A DNA stretch of 59,597 bases from Thermoplasmatota archaeon (GTDB taxonomy: Archaea > Thermoplasmatota > E2 > DHVEG-1): NCBI GenBank assembly GCA_036626215.1, contig JAZKSG010000002.1, positions 1 to 59,597 on the forward strand, in the 5' to 3' direction. Of the stretch, positions 19,444 through 28,233 are shown in pieces. Numbering within the stretch: the stretch's first letter is position 1; the number at the start of each line of letters is the position of its first letter. Under the pieces are notes generated by a model. It did not search any database, was not told the DNA's origin, and was given only the letters and a program-made list of their open reading frames with translations. Position numbers and translations under genes: made by a program.

Positions 19444-20403
19444 ATGGAAGATATCTGGATCGAAAAATATCGCCCTAAAAAACTAGATGACATAGCTGGT
19501 CAGAATGAAATAGTGGAACGGCTAAAAGCATATGCCAAAACCAGAAATGTTCCTCATTTAATCTTCGCTGGACCAGCCGGAACTGGTAAAACTACTTCAG
19601 CTTTAGCATTATCAAAAGAACTTTTTGGAGAAACCTGGAAACAAAATTTCCATGAACTTAACGCTAGTGATGAAAGAGGAATAAAAATTGTGAGAGGAAA
19701 AATCAAAGATTTTGCAAGAACAGCACCCATAGGAAAAACTAGTTTCAAAATAATTTTTCTAGATGAAGCAGATTCATTAACACCTGACGCCCAAGCAGCT
19801 TTAAGGAGAACAATAGAGAAATACACCCATATATGTCGTTTCATTCTCTCTGCGAATTATTCATCTAAAATAATTGAGCCTATTCAATCTCGTTGCACCC
19901 TCTTCCGTTTTAACCCCATAAAAGATGAAGATATCAAAAAATATATCAGGAAGATTGCCACGCAGGAAAAACTTGAGATAACACAGGATGGATTAGAAGC
20001 TCTTATCTTCATTGCAAAGGGAGATTTACGTAAAGCTATCAACGTTTTACAGGTAGGTGCTTCGATGAATAAAAAAATCACTGCTGAACTGCTATATGAA
20101 ACTAGCGCTACCGCCAAACCCGAGGATATAAAAAATCTTATCGACACAGCCCTTGGAGGAAACTTTATGGCTGCACGAAATCAACTATATGATTTACTGA
20201 TAAAATATGGTTTGAGCGGAGAAGATGTAATTAAACAGATCCATCAAACTATCTATGATTTATCTATTCCTGATACAAGCAAAGTAAAGTTGATAGAGAA
20301 AACAGGTGAAATAGAGTTTCGCCTTACTGAAGGAAGCAATGAACATGTGCAATTAGAAACATTGTTATCTCAGTTTGCTCTTGAAGGAGGAAAACTCAAA
20401 TAA
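19444..20403 (+). CDS. rfcS: Replication factor C small subunit
   Basis: WIEKYRPKKLDDIAGQ, Walker A GPAGTGKTT, DEAD-type FLDEADSLT, SRC motif IQSRCTLFRF. Confidence 0.92.
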   Translation: MEDIWIEKYRPKKLDDIAGQNEIVERLKAYAKTRNVPHLIFAGPAGTGKTTSALALSKELFGETWKQNFHELNASDERGIKIVRGKIKDFARTAPIGKTSFKIIFLDEADSLTPDAQAALRRTIEKYTHICRFILSANYSSKIIEPIQSRCTLFRFNPIKDEDIKKYIRKIATQEKLEITQDGLEALIFIAKGDLRKAINVLQVGASMNKKITAELLYETSATAKPEDIKNLIDTALGGNFMAARNQLYDLLIKYGLSGEDVIKQIHQTIYDLSIPDTSKVKLIEKTGEIEFRLTEGSNEHVQLETLLSQFALEGGKLK

Positions 20404-20426
20404 AAAAAATTTTGAAAATATAATTT

Positions 20427-21674
20427 TTAGATATCCTCCCATTCTTTCAACACAGATTCCCATTTATAGCTATCTATCCCCTGTATTTTTTCTAAATTTT
20501 TTATCACTCGTTCATATCCTTTAACCAAAGTGCGGACATGTATTTTTACGATGAAATCATATGGCCCCGCGGTGGCTGTAACTCGATTTACTCCTCTTAT
20601 CTTCCAGAGTTTATCCATGGTTTCTTCTATAGGATAACCAGGTTTTGATTTTATGAAAACATATCCTTTCACCAAGGTTAAAGCATAGGAGGCTATACCC
20701 AGCAATATCAACGTTGTACCGATGAATTTAATAACAAGTAGAGTGGAGTCGAAGGGGAATGCTGGTGATATCCCAACATGTGCTAAAAACAGGGTAACAG
20801 GTATAGCAAATATTATCACTGAGGCTCTGACAGCCTGAGTAACACTGGCTTTTCCGATACCAAGAGCTCGGATATAGAATACATATGAGAAAAATGTTAA
20901 AAACATGCTAAGAAAGATCCATTTGAAATGAACTATCGAGGCTGTTAAACCAGCTATGAGATGGTTACTACCAAATAACATATCTATGAAAAACACGAAT
21001 ATTATCGTGAAAAGACAAGAAAAAACTACATTCCAAAAACGGATGTTGATGGAGTCATTATACTTGTTTTTAAATTTCATCAACTTAAGTTTACGTTGAT
21101 AAATAGAAAATACAACCCATGCAGGATTAATAACAAGAAAAACGATTACAAGTGGTTCCAGACCTATAGACCCGGTTAGAGTTAGAGACCCTAGTATTGC
21201 ACCAAAAGTAACTATAACCGCTGACTGCACCTCAGACAACGTGGGGAATCCTTTTCCAATAGCTGATTCAAAAACAACTAGATAAAGAATAACAATCTGA
21301 GTAAAAGGCAAAACAACAGAGGGATCACCTAAGTCAGACAATAAAGCGAAGTATCCTGCCGTTAAAACAGCGTTACCTACACCTGCTATTAAATGATATT
21401 TTAACTCGTTTTTATCAATTAGACGCAATCTATCAAAAGAGGGATCAATAAAACGGCCACCTAGGCTTTCTCCTTTTACTTTTATCGAAAGAAAAAGAGC
21501 CAAAATGAGGGCCACTAATATCCCTATTAGAAAAGCAGCTACACCAAAAGCCCAAGAATCCTCGATGTAGATATTGGAGATAGCAGTATCCAAACCTGAT
21601 GTTATAGCTGCCACTACCGCAGATCCAAAGGCAAGGACATAGAATAAGTACTTTTTTCTGATTTTTATATCCAT
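20427..21674 (-). CDS. EamA/DMT-like 10-TM transporter fused to a C-terminal Lrp/AsnC-type ligand-binding (RAM-like) domain
   Basis: About 330 aa of TM helices, then VNRVTATAGPYDFIVKIHVRTLVKGYERVIKNLEKIQGIDSYKWESVL, which resembles the AsnC C-terminal domain. Confidence 0.55.
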   Translation of the reverse strand: MDIKIRKKYLFYVLAFGSAVVAAITSGLDTAISNIYIEDSWAFGVAAFLIGILVALILALFLSIKVKGESLGGRFIDPSFDRLRLIDKNELKYHLIAGVGNAVLTAGYFALLSDLGDPSVVLPFTQIVILYLVVFESAIGKGFPTLSEVQSAVIVTFGAILGSLTLTGSIGLEPLVIVFLVINPAWVVFSIYQRKLKLMKFKNKYNDSINIRFWNVVFSCLFTIIFVFFIDMLFGSNHLIAGLTASIVHFKWIFLSMFLTFFSYVFYIRALGIGKASVTQAVRASVIIFAIPVTLFLAHVGISPAFPFDSTLLVIKFIGTTLILLGIASYALTLVKGYVFIKSKPGYPIEETMDKLWKIRGVNRVTATAGPYDFIVKIHVRTLVKGYERVIKNLEKIQGIDSYKWESVLKEWEDI

Positions 21675-21992
21675 CTGATTGCTACCCTTTCTTTGTTTTT
21701 AAATTAAGATATACTTTGAAATAGAATGATAGTGTGAAATATATTTAGTTTAAAAAAGTAATCATATAAAAAAGGAGTTGATGATGAATCTATTCTATAA
21801 GGGAAAAACTCGTTATCAGCTTCTAACACCGTGACGATTTCTTCATCCTTCAAACCCATTGGGATTATCTGTTTTAAAAACTTTTTTTTATTTTTTTTCT
21901 ATATCATAATTATGAATCGACATAGTCTTTTCAATCATGTTATAGATTAAAAAATTAAAAAAGGTTACTAGGGAATTGAATAATAAATACTG

Positions 21993-22064
21993 AAGCCGCT
22001 GGCGGGAATTGAACCCGCGACCTATTCCTTACCAAGGAATCGCTATACCTCTAAGCCACAGCGG
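21993..22064 (-). tRNA. tRNA-Thr (anticodon GGT)
   Basis: Reverse complement GCCGCTGTGGCTTAGAGGTATAGCGATTCCTTGGTAAGGAATAGGTCGCGGGTTCAATTCCCGCCAGCGGCT. Acceptor stem GCCGCTG/CAGCGGC, anticodon loop TTGGTAA. Confidence 0.9.
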
Positions 22065-22186
22065 CATCATATACTTTTCACCGGTGAAATAAGGCAGGGT
22101 TTATTTTTAGTTTTTTGTTAAAAAAATTTATGATGAAAATTCAGAAAAATATTTAAATAAAGAATAATAATGTTTTTTTTTTGTTA

Positions 22187-22348
22187 GAGGGTTGTACACT
22201 AACAAAAATTTTTATGTTTCAACCGCTTTTTGGCCCCTCTTATCTTTTGGGGAGGGATACCTGGATACAAAGCAGGGTGCATATCGCCCGGTGTATGAAA
22301 GGTATTAATTGGGTAATAAGAGGGTACAAAAAAAACAAGTCAACCCTC
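22187..22348 (+). ncRNA. Candidate structured ncRNA or 5' leader of unknown class
   Basis: A GC-rich island in an AT-rich spacer. The ends pair perfectly (GAGGGTTG 22187-22194 with CAACCCTC 22341-22348). There are internal hairpins, a TATA-like ATTTAAATAA at 22151-22160 and a T-run at 22351-22368. The track ORF 22181..22417 does not look protein-like. Confidence 0.3.
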
Positions 22349-22430
22349 CATTTGTTTATTTTTTTTGAGTTGAAACCGAATGTTAATATGTTACATCTTG
22401 TTTTTGGTTTTCTCTGAGGTAGAATTAATT

Positions 22431-23312
22431 ATGGTGAAAACAGTTGATCTACCAGATGTCCAATCTGGCCCCTCTAAGTTAAACTTCAAAATCAACCGTG
22501 TAGGTGTCACCGGTGTAAAAAAACTGGTTCATATTAAAAGACCAAACAAAGAAAACGTGATACCATTAGTAGTTAAAATGGATCTTTTTGTTGATCTTCC
22601 CGCTGAGCAGAAAGGTAGCCATATGTCTCGTAATTTAGAATTGGTAGATGAAATAGCCGATATAAACGTTAAGAAACCTGTTTCAGATTTAGAATCTTTT
22701 TGTGCAAAAGTGGCAAAATTTCTACTTAAAAAACATGATTATGCTACTTTTGCTGAGGTGAAAGCTGAAGCTGACTATTTCATGGAGAGGAAGTATCCTT
22801 CCGGTAAAAAAGGGCTGGAACCTTTCAAACTGGTATCTGAGGCGCGTGCTAACCATTCTGGTGAAATTAAAAAATTGATAGGGGTAAAAGCGATAGGTAT
22901 GACTGCCTGCCCCTGTGCGATGGAAGTAATAAGAAAAATAGGAGACTACAAAAAAGATGAGGTGCCTCCATCACATAATCAACGTAATATAACTACTTTG
23001 ATGGTTGAGATACCTGGGGAGAGCAAAAATGTTGATGCTGATGACTTAATAGAGATAGTAGAGAAATCATTCAGCAGCCCAACATATAGTATTCTTAAAC
23101 GTGGTGGAGAAGGAGAACTAGTATATGATGCGCATAAAAAACCTAAGTTTGTAGAAGATGTAGTAAGAGATATACTCAGCTCTGTTTTAAAGAAATACGA
23201 AGATCTACCAGATGATGTAACTGTGATGGTGCGAAGTGAAAGCGAAGAGAGCATCCATAAACACAACGCTTTTGCAGAAAGAGCTACCACGTTAGGTGAA
23301 CTCAGAAGATAA
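22431..23312 (+). CDS. mptA: GTP cyclohydrolase MptA (FolE2/type IB family)
   Basis: VDLPDVQSGPSKLNFKINRVGVTGVKK N-terminus and GSHMSRN motif. Start moved to the ATG at 22431, which has GAGGT 10 nt upstream. Confidence 0.8.
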   Translation: MVKTVDLPDVQSGPSKLNFKINRVGVTGVKKLVHIKRPNKENVIPLVVKMDLFVDLPAEQKGSHMSRNLELVDEIADINVKKPVSDLESFCAKVAKFLLKKHDYATFAEVKAEADYFMERKYPSGKKGLEPFKLVSEARANHSGEIKKLIGVKAIGMTACPCAMEVIRKIGDYKKDEVPPSHNQRNITTLMVEIPGESKNVDADDLIEIVEKSFSSPTYSILKRGGEGELVYDAHKKPKFVEDVVRDILSSVLKKYEDLPDDVTVMVRSESEESIHKHNAFAERATTLGELRR

Positions 23313-23378
23313 AAAAAAGTGTTTTTTTAGATGTTGTTAACAAAATTTTAAAAACAAGGTTTCGTTTACATATTTTCC

Positions 23379-24503
23379 ATGTCAAAATATAAAATAGCTT
23401 GGCTTCCTGGAGATGGTGTCGGCCATGATGTAATGGAAGCCGCAAAAACTGTTTTAGACACCATAGATCTTGATGCTGAATATATTCCTGGAGATGTCGG
23501 TTGGAAGTTTTGGAAGAAAGAAGGAAACCCTCTGCCAGATCGAACCATTGATTTGTTGAAAGAAACTGATTGTTGTCTCTTTGGAGCTATAACTTCTAAA
23601 CCTAACCAAGAAGCTCAGAAAGAACTAGACCCAAAGTTAAGAGATAAAGGATATGTTTATTCAAGTCCTATAGTACGTCTTAGACAGCTTTTTGATCTCC
23701 ATACAAATATGCGGCCGTGTAAAGCCTTTAAAGGCAACCCGTTAAACTACCGAGATGATATAGACCTGGTAGTATTCAGAGAAAACACTCAGGGGCTGTA
23801 TTCAGGTGTAGAATTCCATCCGGTTTCACAACAAGTTTTTGATGCATTATCTGAAAATGAAAACATGGAGAAATTTAATGACATCTCTTTGGACGAGATG
23901 GCGATATCCTGCCGTATTTTTACAAGGTCGGCATGTCAAAAAATTATAACTCAAGCCTTCGAATATGCCAGTGAACATAACCGTAAAAGTGTAACCCTAG
24001 TAGAAAAACCAAATGTTATCAGGGAAACTAGTGGTATGATGGTTGATGAAGCTAGAAAAATTTCGGAAAATTATCCTGATGTTGAACTCTGGGAGACCAA
24101 TGTTGATGCGATGTGTATGTGGCTTGTGAAAAACCCGCAGGATTATTCTGTTTTAGTAGCTTCAAACATGTTTGGTGACATTGTTTCTGATTTATCTGCT
24201 CAACTAGTAGGAGGGTTAGGTTTTGCTGCCAGTGGAAACATTGGGGATGACTATGCCCTATTTGAACCAACTCATGGAAGCGCCCCGAAATATGCCGGTG
24301 AATACAAAGTAAACCCTACAGCTATGTTGATCTCTACAAGTTTAATGCTTGACTGGCTGGGAGAAAAAGAAGATGCAGGTAAATTAAGAAAAGCTATAGA
24401 AAAAGTGATTGAAGAAGGAAAGATTAAAACATATGATCTTGGTGGAGACAACACTACGCTTGAGGTAGCAGAGGCAATAGCTGAGAAATACAAAGAGCAA
24501 TAA
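23379..24503 (+). CDS. Isocitrate/isopropylmalate/homoisocitrate dehydrogenase family protein
   Basis: IAWLPGDGVGHDV, VVFRENTQGLYSG, NMFGDIVSDLSAQLVGGLG, EPTHGSAPKYAG. Confidence 0.85.
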   Translation: MSKYKIAWLPGDGVGHDVMEAAKTVLDTIDLDAEYIPGDVGWKFWKKEGNPLPDRTIDLLKETDCCLFGAITSKPNQEAQKELDPKLRDKGYVYSSPIVRLRQLFDLHTNMRPCKAFKGNPLNYRDDIDLVVFRENTQGLYSGVEFHPVSQQVFDALSENENMEKFNDISLDEMAISCRIFTRSACQKIITQAFEYASEHNRKSVTLVEKPNVIRETSGMMVDEARKISENYPDVELWETNVDAMCMWLVKNPQDYSVLVASNMFGDIVSDLSAQLVGGLGFAASGNIGDDYALFEPTHGSAPKYAGEYKVNPTAMLISTSLMLDWLGEKEDAGKLRKAIEKVIEEGKIKTYDLGGDNTTLEVAEAIAEKYKEQ

Positions 24504-24611
24504 AAAAAGGGTTGTTATCCTATTTTCCCATTTTTTTTTTGAAAAATCTTTAAAAAGGGGTTAGATTATACCGGGAACCACCATCTTTATTGGGAGGCTT
24601 AAGAGAAGATT

Positions 24612-25949
24612 ATGACAGAAAAGAAAAAAGTAATTATAATGGGCGCAGCAGGACGAGATTTTCATAATTTTAACACTGTTTTTAGGGATAACGAGGAATA
24701 CGAAGTAGTATGTTTTACAGCTACGCAGATACCAGATATATATGGGAGAGAATACCCTTCGGAGTTGTCTGGAGAGCTTTATCCTGATGGCATCCCTATT
24801 TATCCTGAAGAAGAAATAACTGATTTGATTAAAAAACATGATATAGATTTGGTGGCTTTTTCTTATAGCGATCTTTCCTATGAGTATGTGATGCGTCGAT
24901 CTGCTATGGTTAATGCAGCTGGAGCTGATTTTGTTTTGTTAGGTCCAAATAGCACTCAGATAGAATCAAGTAAACCTGTTATCGCTGTTTGTGCAGTTCG
25001 AACAGGCTGTGGGAAATCACAGGTTTCAAGAAAAATATTTGAAATACTTACTGACAAAGGTTTAAAAGTAGCAAGTATCCGTCATCCTATGCCCTATGAC
25101 CCAGATTTAACTACTCAGATCTGTCAACGTTTCGCCAGTTATGAAGATCTAGATAAATACAACTGTACTATTGAAGAAAGAGAAGAATATGAACCATATA
25201 TCGACATGGGTGGAGTAGTCTACGCAGGCGTAGATTACAAAAAAATATTACATGAAGCCGAGAAAGAGGCAGATGTAATTATATGGGATGGAGGAAACAA
25301 CGATTTCTCGTTTTATAAACCAGATATGTTGATAACGTTAGCTGATCCACATCGACCAGGACACGAAATAAGCTACTACCCTGGTGAAATCAACGCTCGT
25401 AACGCAGACATAGTGTTGATAAACAAAGTAAACACCGCTGAAAGAGAAAACATCGAGAAAGTAATTCAAAACATAAAAGAGATAAACCCTGATGCAGAAA
25501 TCATACATGGAATTTCAACAGTAACCGCCGAAAACAAAGAAAAAATCAAAGGGAAAAGAGCTCTAGTAATTGAAGATGGACCAACTGTCACCCATGGAAG
25601 CATGGAATACGGTGCAGGAACCGTAGCGGCAAAAGAAAACAACGCCGGTGAACTCATTGATCCAAGAAGTTTTGCTGTTGGCTCTATAGTAGAGACTTTT
25701 AACAAATATCCACATTTAACCAACGTTTTACCAGCGATGGGATATGGAAAAAAACAGATGGAAGAACTACAGGAAACTATAAACAAATCAGACGCAGAAG
25801 TAGTAGTTAGCGGTACACCTATCGATATAACCAGAGTACTCAAAACAGACAAACCTATAGCGAGAGTGAAATATGCTGTAGGTGAAGAAACAGCGGAAGA
25901 AATCAAGAAACATTTAGAAAAGTTTGTTCAAGACAAAAATCTAAAATAA
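24612..25949 (+). CDS. COG2403-type predicted P-loop GTPase (often annotated as cyclic 2,3-diphosphoglycerate synthetase-like)
   Basis: VIIMGAAGRDFHNFN N-terminus and P-loop-like AVRTGCGKSQV. Function is uncertain. Confidence 0.55.
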   Translation: MTEKKKVIIMGAAGRDFHNFNTVFRDNEEYEVVCFTATQIPDIYGREYPSELSGELYPDGIPIYPEEEITDLIKKHDIDLVAFSYSDLSYEYVMRRSAMVNAAGADFVLLGPNSTQIESSKPVIAVCAVRTGCGKSQVSRKIFEILTDKGLKVASIRHPMPYDPDLTTQICQRFASYEDLDKYNCTIEEREEYEPYIDMGGVVYAGVDYKKILHEAEKEADVIIWDGGNNDFSFYKPDMLITLADPHRPGHEISYYPGEINARNADIVLINKVNTAERENIEKVIQNIKEINPDAEIIHGISTVTAENKEKIKGKRALVIEDGPTVTHGSMEYGAGTVAAKENNAGELIDPRSFAVGSIVETFNKYPHLTNVLPAMGYGKKQMEELQETINKSDAEVVVSGTPIDITRVLKTDKPIARVKYAVGEETAEEIKKHLEKFVQDKNLK

Positions 25950-25980
25950 AAAAAAATTTGAGAGAGAAGAAAGAATAAGG

Positions 25981-26550
25981 TTACTGTATGTCTACATGGT
26001 AGCCATCATCTGACTTCTTTTTCTCTTTTTTCTTAATAGCTACGTCGAGTACACCGTTTTTGTAGGTGGCCTCTGTTGTTTTTGGTTTCACCTCACATGG
26101 TAGATCCACAGTTTTATGGTATTTCCGTTGGGGTGTATTAACATGGATTTCTAGGTTTTCTTCGGTGGCTTTAAGATCTATATCGTTTTTTTCTACACCG
26201 GGAAGTTCAACCGTGATAGATACTTCTTCATCGCTCTCCATTACGTCGGTGAGAGGTTCTCTTTCCTCTGAAAATGGTTGTTCATCTTTGGATTTTCGGC
26301 TACGTGAACGATTGCCGAATTCTTGGACACGTGGTTTACCATCTGGACCGATATGGATGTTGAAACCATGTACAAAGGATTTACCTGGTTTCATATTTTG
26401 AGGAGAGAAATCTCTGAATGCTCTTTCCATCATCCGTTCCATTTCTCTAAACATTCGTTCGATGTCATCGTCCATACCGAAGAAACCAAAGGGGTCTCTT
26501 TTCCATGGTTTTCTTTTGTCATCATCTTTATCTGCATCATGGTTGGTCAT
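25981..26550 (-). CDS. Small heat-shock protein (Hsp20/alpha-crystallin)
   Basis: VSITVELPGVEKNDIDLKATEENLEIHV ... ATYKNGVLDVAIKK. Confidence 0.85.
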   Translation of the reverse strand: MTNHDADKDDDKRKPWKRDPFGFFGMDDDIERMFREMERMMERAFRDFSPQNMKPGKSFVHGFNIHIGPDGKPRVQEFGNRSRSRKSKDEQPFSEEREPLTDVMESDEEVSITVELPGVEKNDIDLKATEENLEIHVNTPQRKYHKTVDLPCEVKPKTTEATYKNGVLDVAIKKKEKKKSDDGYHVDIQ

Positions 26551-26657
26551 ATTTTCATTACACCTCCATATTAAGTTGATTTCTAAAGCTATATCTTTTT
26601 TACTGAAAACTTATATTTAAACTTTATCGAAAAAATAAGGAACAAAGAAAAAAAAAA

Positions 26658-28094
26658 TTATTTTTTGGCTTCAACTGATCCAAAATTTTGTAACTCATAC
26701 TTAGTTCTGACACATCCGGGATCAGGGTTTAGGTAATCATCGGTATAGCTATAAGCTCGAGCGCGGCATCCTCCACAGTAGTAACGATAACGGCAATCCC
26801 CACATTTACCTTTTAAAATGTCTTTATCTCGAAGTTCCTTCAACGTTTGGTTGTTTCTCCATAGTTTCTGGAGGTTGTCGTCTTTTATATTCCCAATTTT
26901 TAATGGGAAGAAAACACAAGGTTCAATGTTTCCGTTGGGTCTTATAGCGCAGTAAAACCGTCCGCAACCACATCCTCCTATAAACTCAGCGAGATTAACC
27001 AGTTTGCCAGAAAGAGAAGAATTATAGAAATGGGTAGGAACAATTTTTTTATTTTCACTCAACTCTGATTGTAGAGCTACGCGTGCAAACTGTGGAGCGG
27101 TAGACAAAACATTTACCTTACTTTCTTTATTTTTTAACTTCTCCCATAGATTTTTGAGGATTTCTTCTCGCTCTTTGGGTGTTAAATCATTTTTTGAGAT
27201 AAACTCTCCACGTCCAGTTGGTACGAAATTATAGAGCATAAACCAGTTTACATTGAGTTCTTCACAAAGATCTATGATGTCGGGGATTTCATCTTTATTG
27301 TAGCTGGTGGCAGTAGAGGCAATGTTTACAAAGAATCCTTCGTCAACCGCGTTTTTAATTCCTTTTATGGTTTTATCGAAAACTCCATCAATTCCTCTGA
27401 AACTGTCATGAGTTTCGGCGTCAGCGCTATCTAGACTTATCTGGATGAATTTAACGCCTGCCTCTTTCATTTCTTTGGCTTTTTCTTTGGTGATTAGTGT
27501 GCCATTGGTAGCCATAGCGATATAGATACCTTTATCAGCCGCATAGCGAGTTAGTTCTAGGATATCATCGCGAACTAGAGGTTCACCGCCAGAGAAAGCA
27601 ATGATTGGTACAGAGGCATGATCTAACTCATCTATAACTTTTTTAGCTTCTTCGGTGGACAACTCATCTTTACCAACTTTGCCGGCGTTAGCATAACAAT
27701 GTTTACAGTTAAGGTTACAACCATAGGTTATATCCCATACAACCAAAAATGGGGCTCCAGGAACAAAAGGTCGGTTAACTCCAAAATGGGCGATACCTGA
27801 TAAAACGTTAGATAGTCCTTTACGCCAGGAGGGTTCACTAAACTTCTTTCTTAACTGTTTACTACTTACTCCAAAAGCTCTACCGCCGGCAGCAAGTATG
27901 CCAGACAATGTTTTTTCAGCAACTCTACATTTGACACAGGCATCATTACGGGTGCCGGTGTAAAGCTCAAGAGCTATCTCAATACGGTTCTTACCGCAAT
28001 CAGGACAGTAACCAAGGCTAGACAAAAATTTTCTACTAACGGGATTACCAATCGTTGATCGTAATATTTGAACAGTATCAGTAGTTTTTATCAT
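26658..28094 (-). CDS. Radical SAM/SPASM-domain protein with an N-terminal Cys-rich extension
   Basis: CNLNCKHC (CxxxCxxC). SPASM region GGCGCGRFYCAIRPNGNIEPC ... CGDCRYRYYCGGCRARAY. N-terminal CPDCG...CVKC pairs. Confidence 0.8.
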   Translation of the reverse strand: MIKTTDTVQILRSTIGNPVSRKFLSSLGYCPDCGKNRIEIALELYTGTRNDACVKCRVAEKTLSGILAAGGRAFGVSSKQLRKKFSEPSWRKGLSNVLSGIAHFGVNRPFVPGAPFLVVWDITYGCNLNCKHCYANAGKVGKDELSTEEAKKVIDELDHASVPIIAFSGGEPLVRDDILELTRYAADKGIYIAMATNGTLITKEKAKEMKEAGVKFIQISLDSADAETHDSFRGIDGVFDKTIKGIKNAVDEGFFVNIASTATSYNKDEIPDIIDLCEELNVNWFMLYNFVPTGRGEFISKNDLTPKEREEILKNLWEKLKNKESKVNVLSTAPQFARVALQSELSENKKIVPTHFYNSSLSGKLVNLAEFIGGCGCGRFYCAIRPNGNIEPCVFFPLKIGNIKDDNLQKLWRNNQTLKELRDKDILKGKCGDCRYRYYCGGCRARAYSYTDDYLNPDPGCVRTKYELQNFGSVEAKK

Positions 28095-28233
28095 TCCTTA
28101 CCCCCACAGAGTAGACTCCGTGTTTATTAAGTAAACTAGGATATAAAATTTATCCTGAAAAGTGGGAAATGCAACATATACCGGCTATAAACTATCTATT
28201 TGTGAAAAAATAAAGATAAAGAATTTATTTAGC

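Noticed and set aside
21780-21850. Possible C/D-box sRNA (GATGATGA at 21780) or a 17-aa micro-ORF with GGAG upstream.
   Set aside because: There is no matching D box (CTGA) at the right spacing on either strand, and the micro-ORF cannot be verified.
22255-22285. Resemblance of ACCTGGATACAAAGCAGGG to the TPP-riboswitch pyrophosphate-sensor helix (ACCUGAUCUGGAUAAUGCCAGCG).
   Set aside because: There is no CUGAGA element or P2/P3 architecture, and the downstream gene is not thiamine-related. I judge the similarity coincidental.
22181-22417. Track ORF (78 aa) upstream of mptA.
   Set aside because: The sequence is not protein-like and has no RBS. The region is better explained as structured RNA, and mptA has a good start at 22431.
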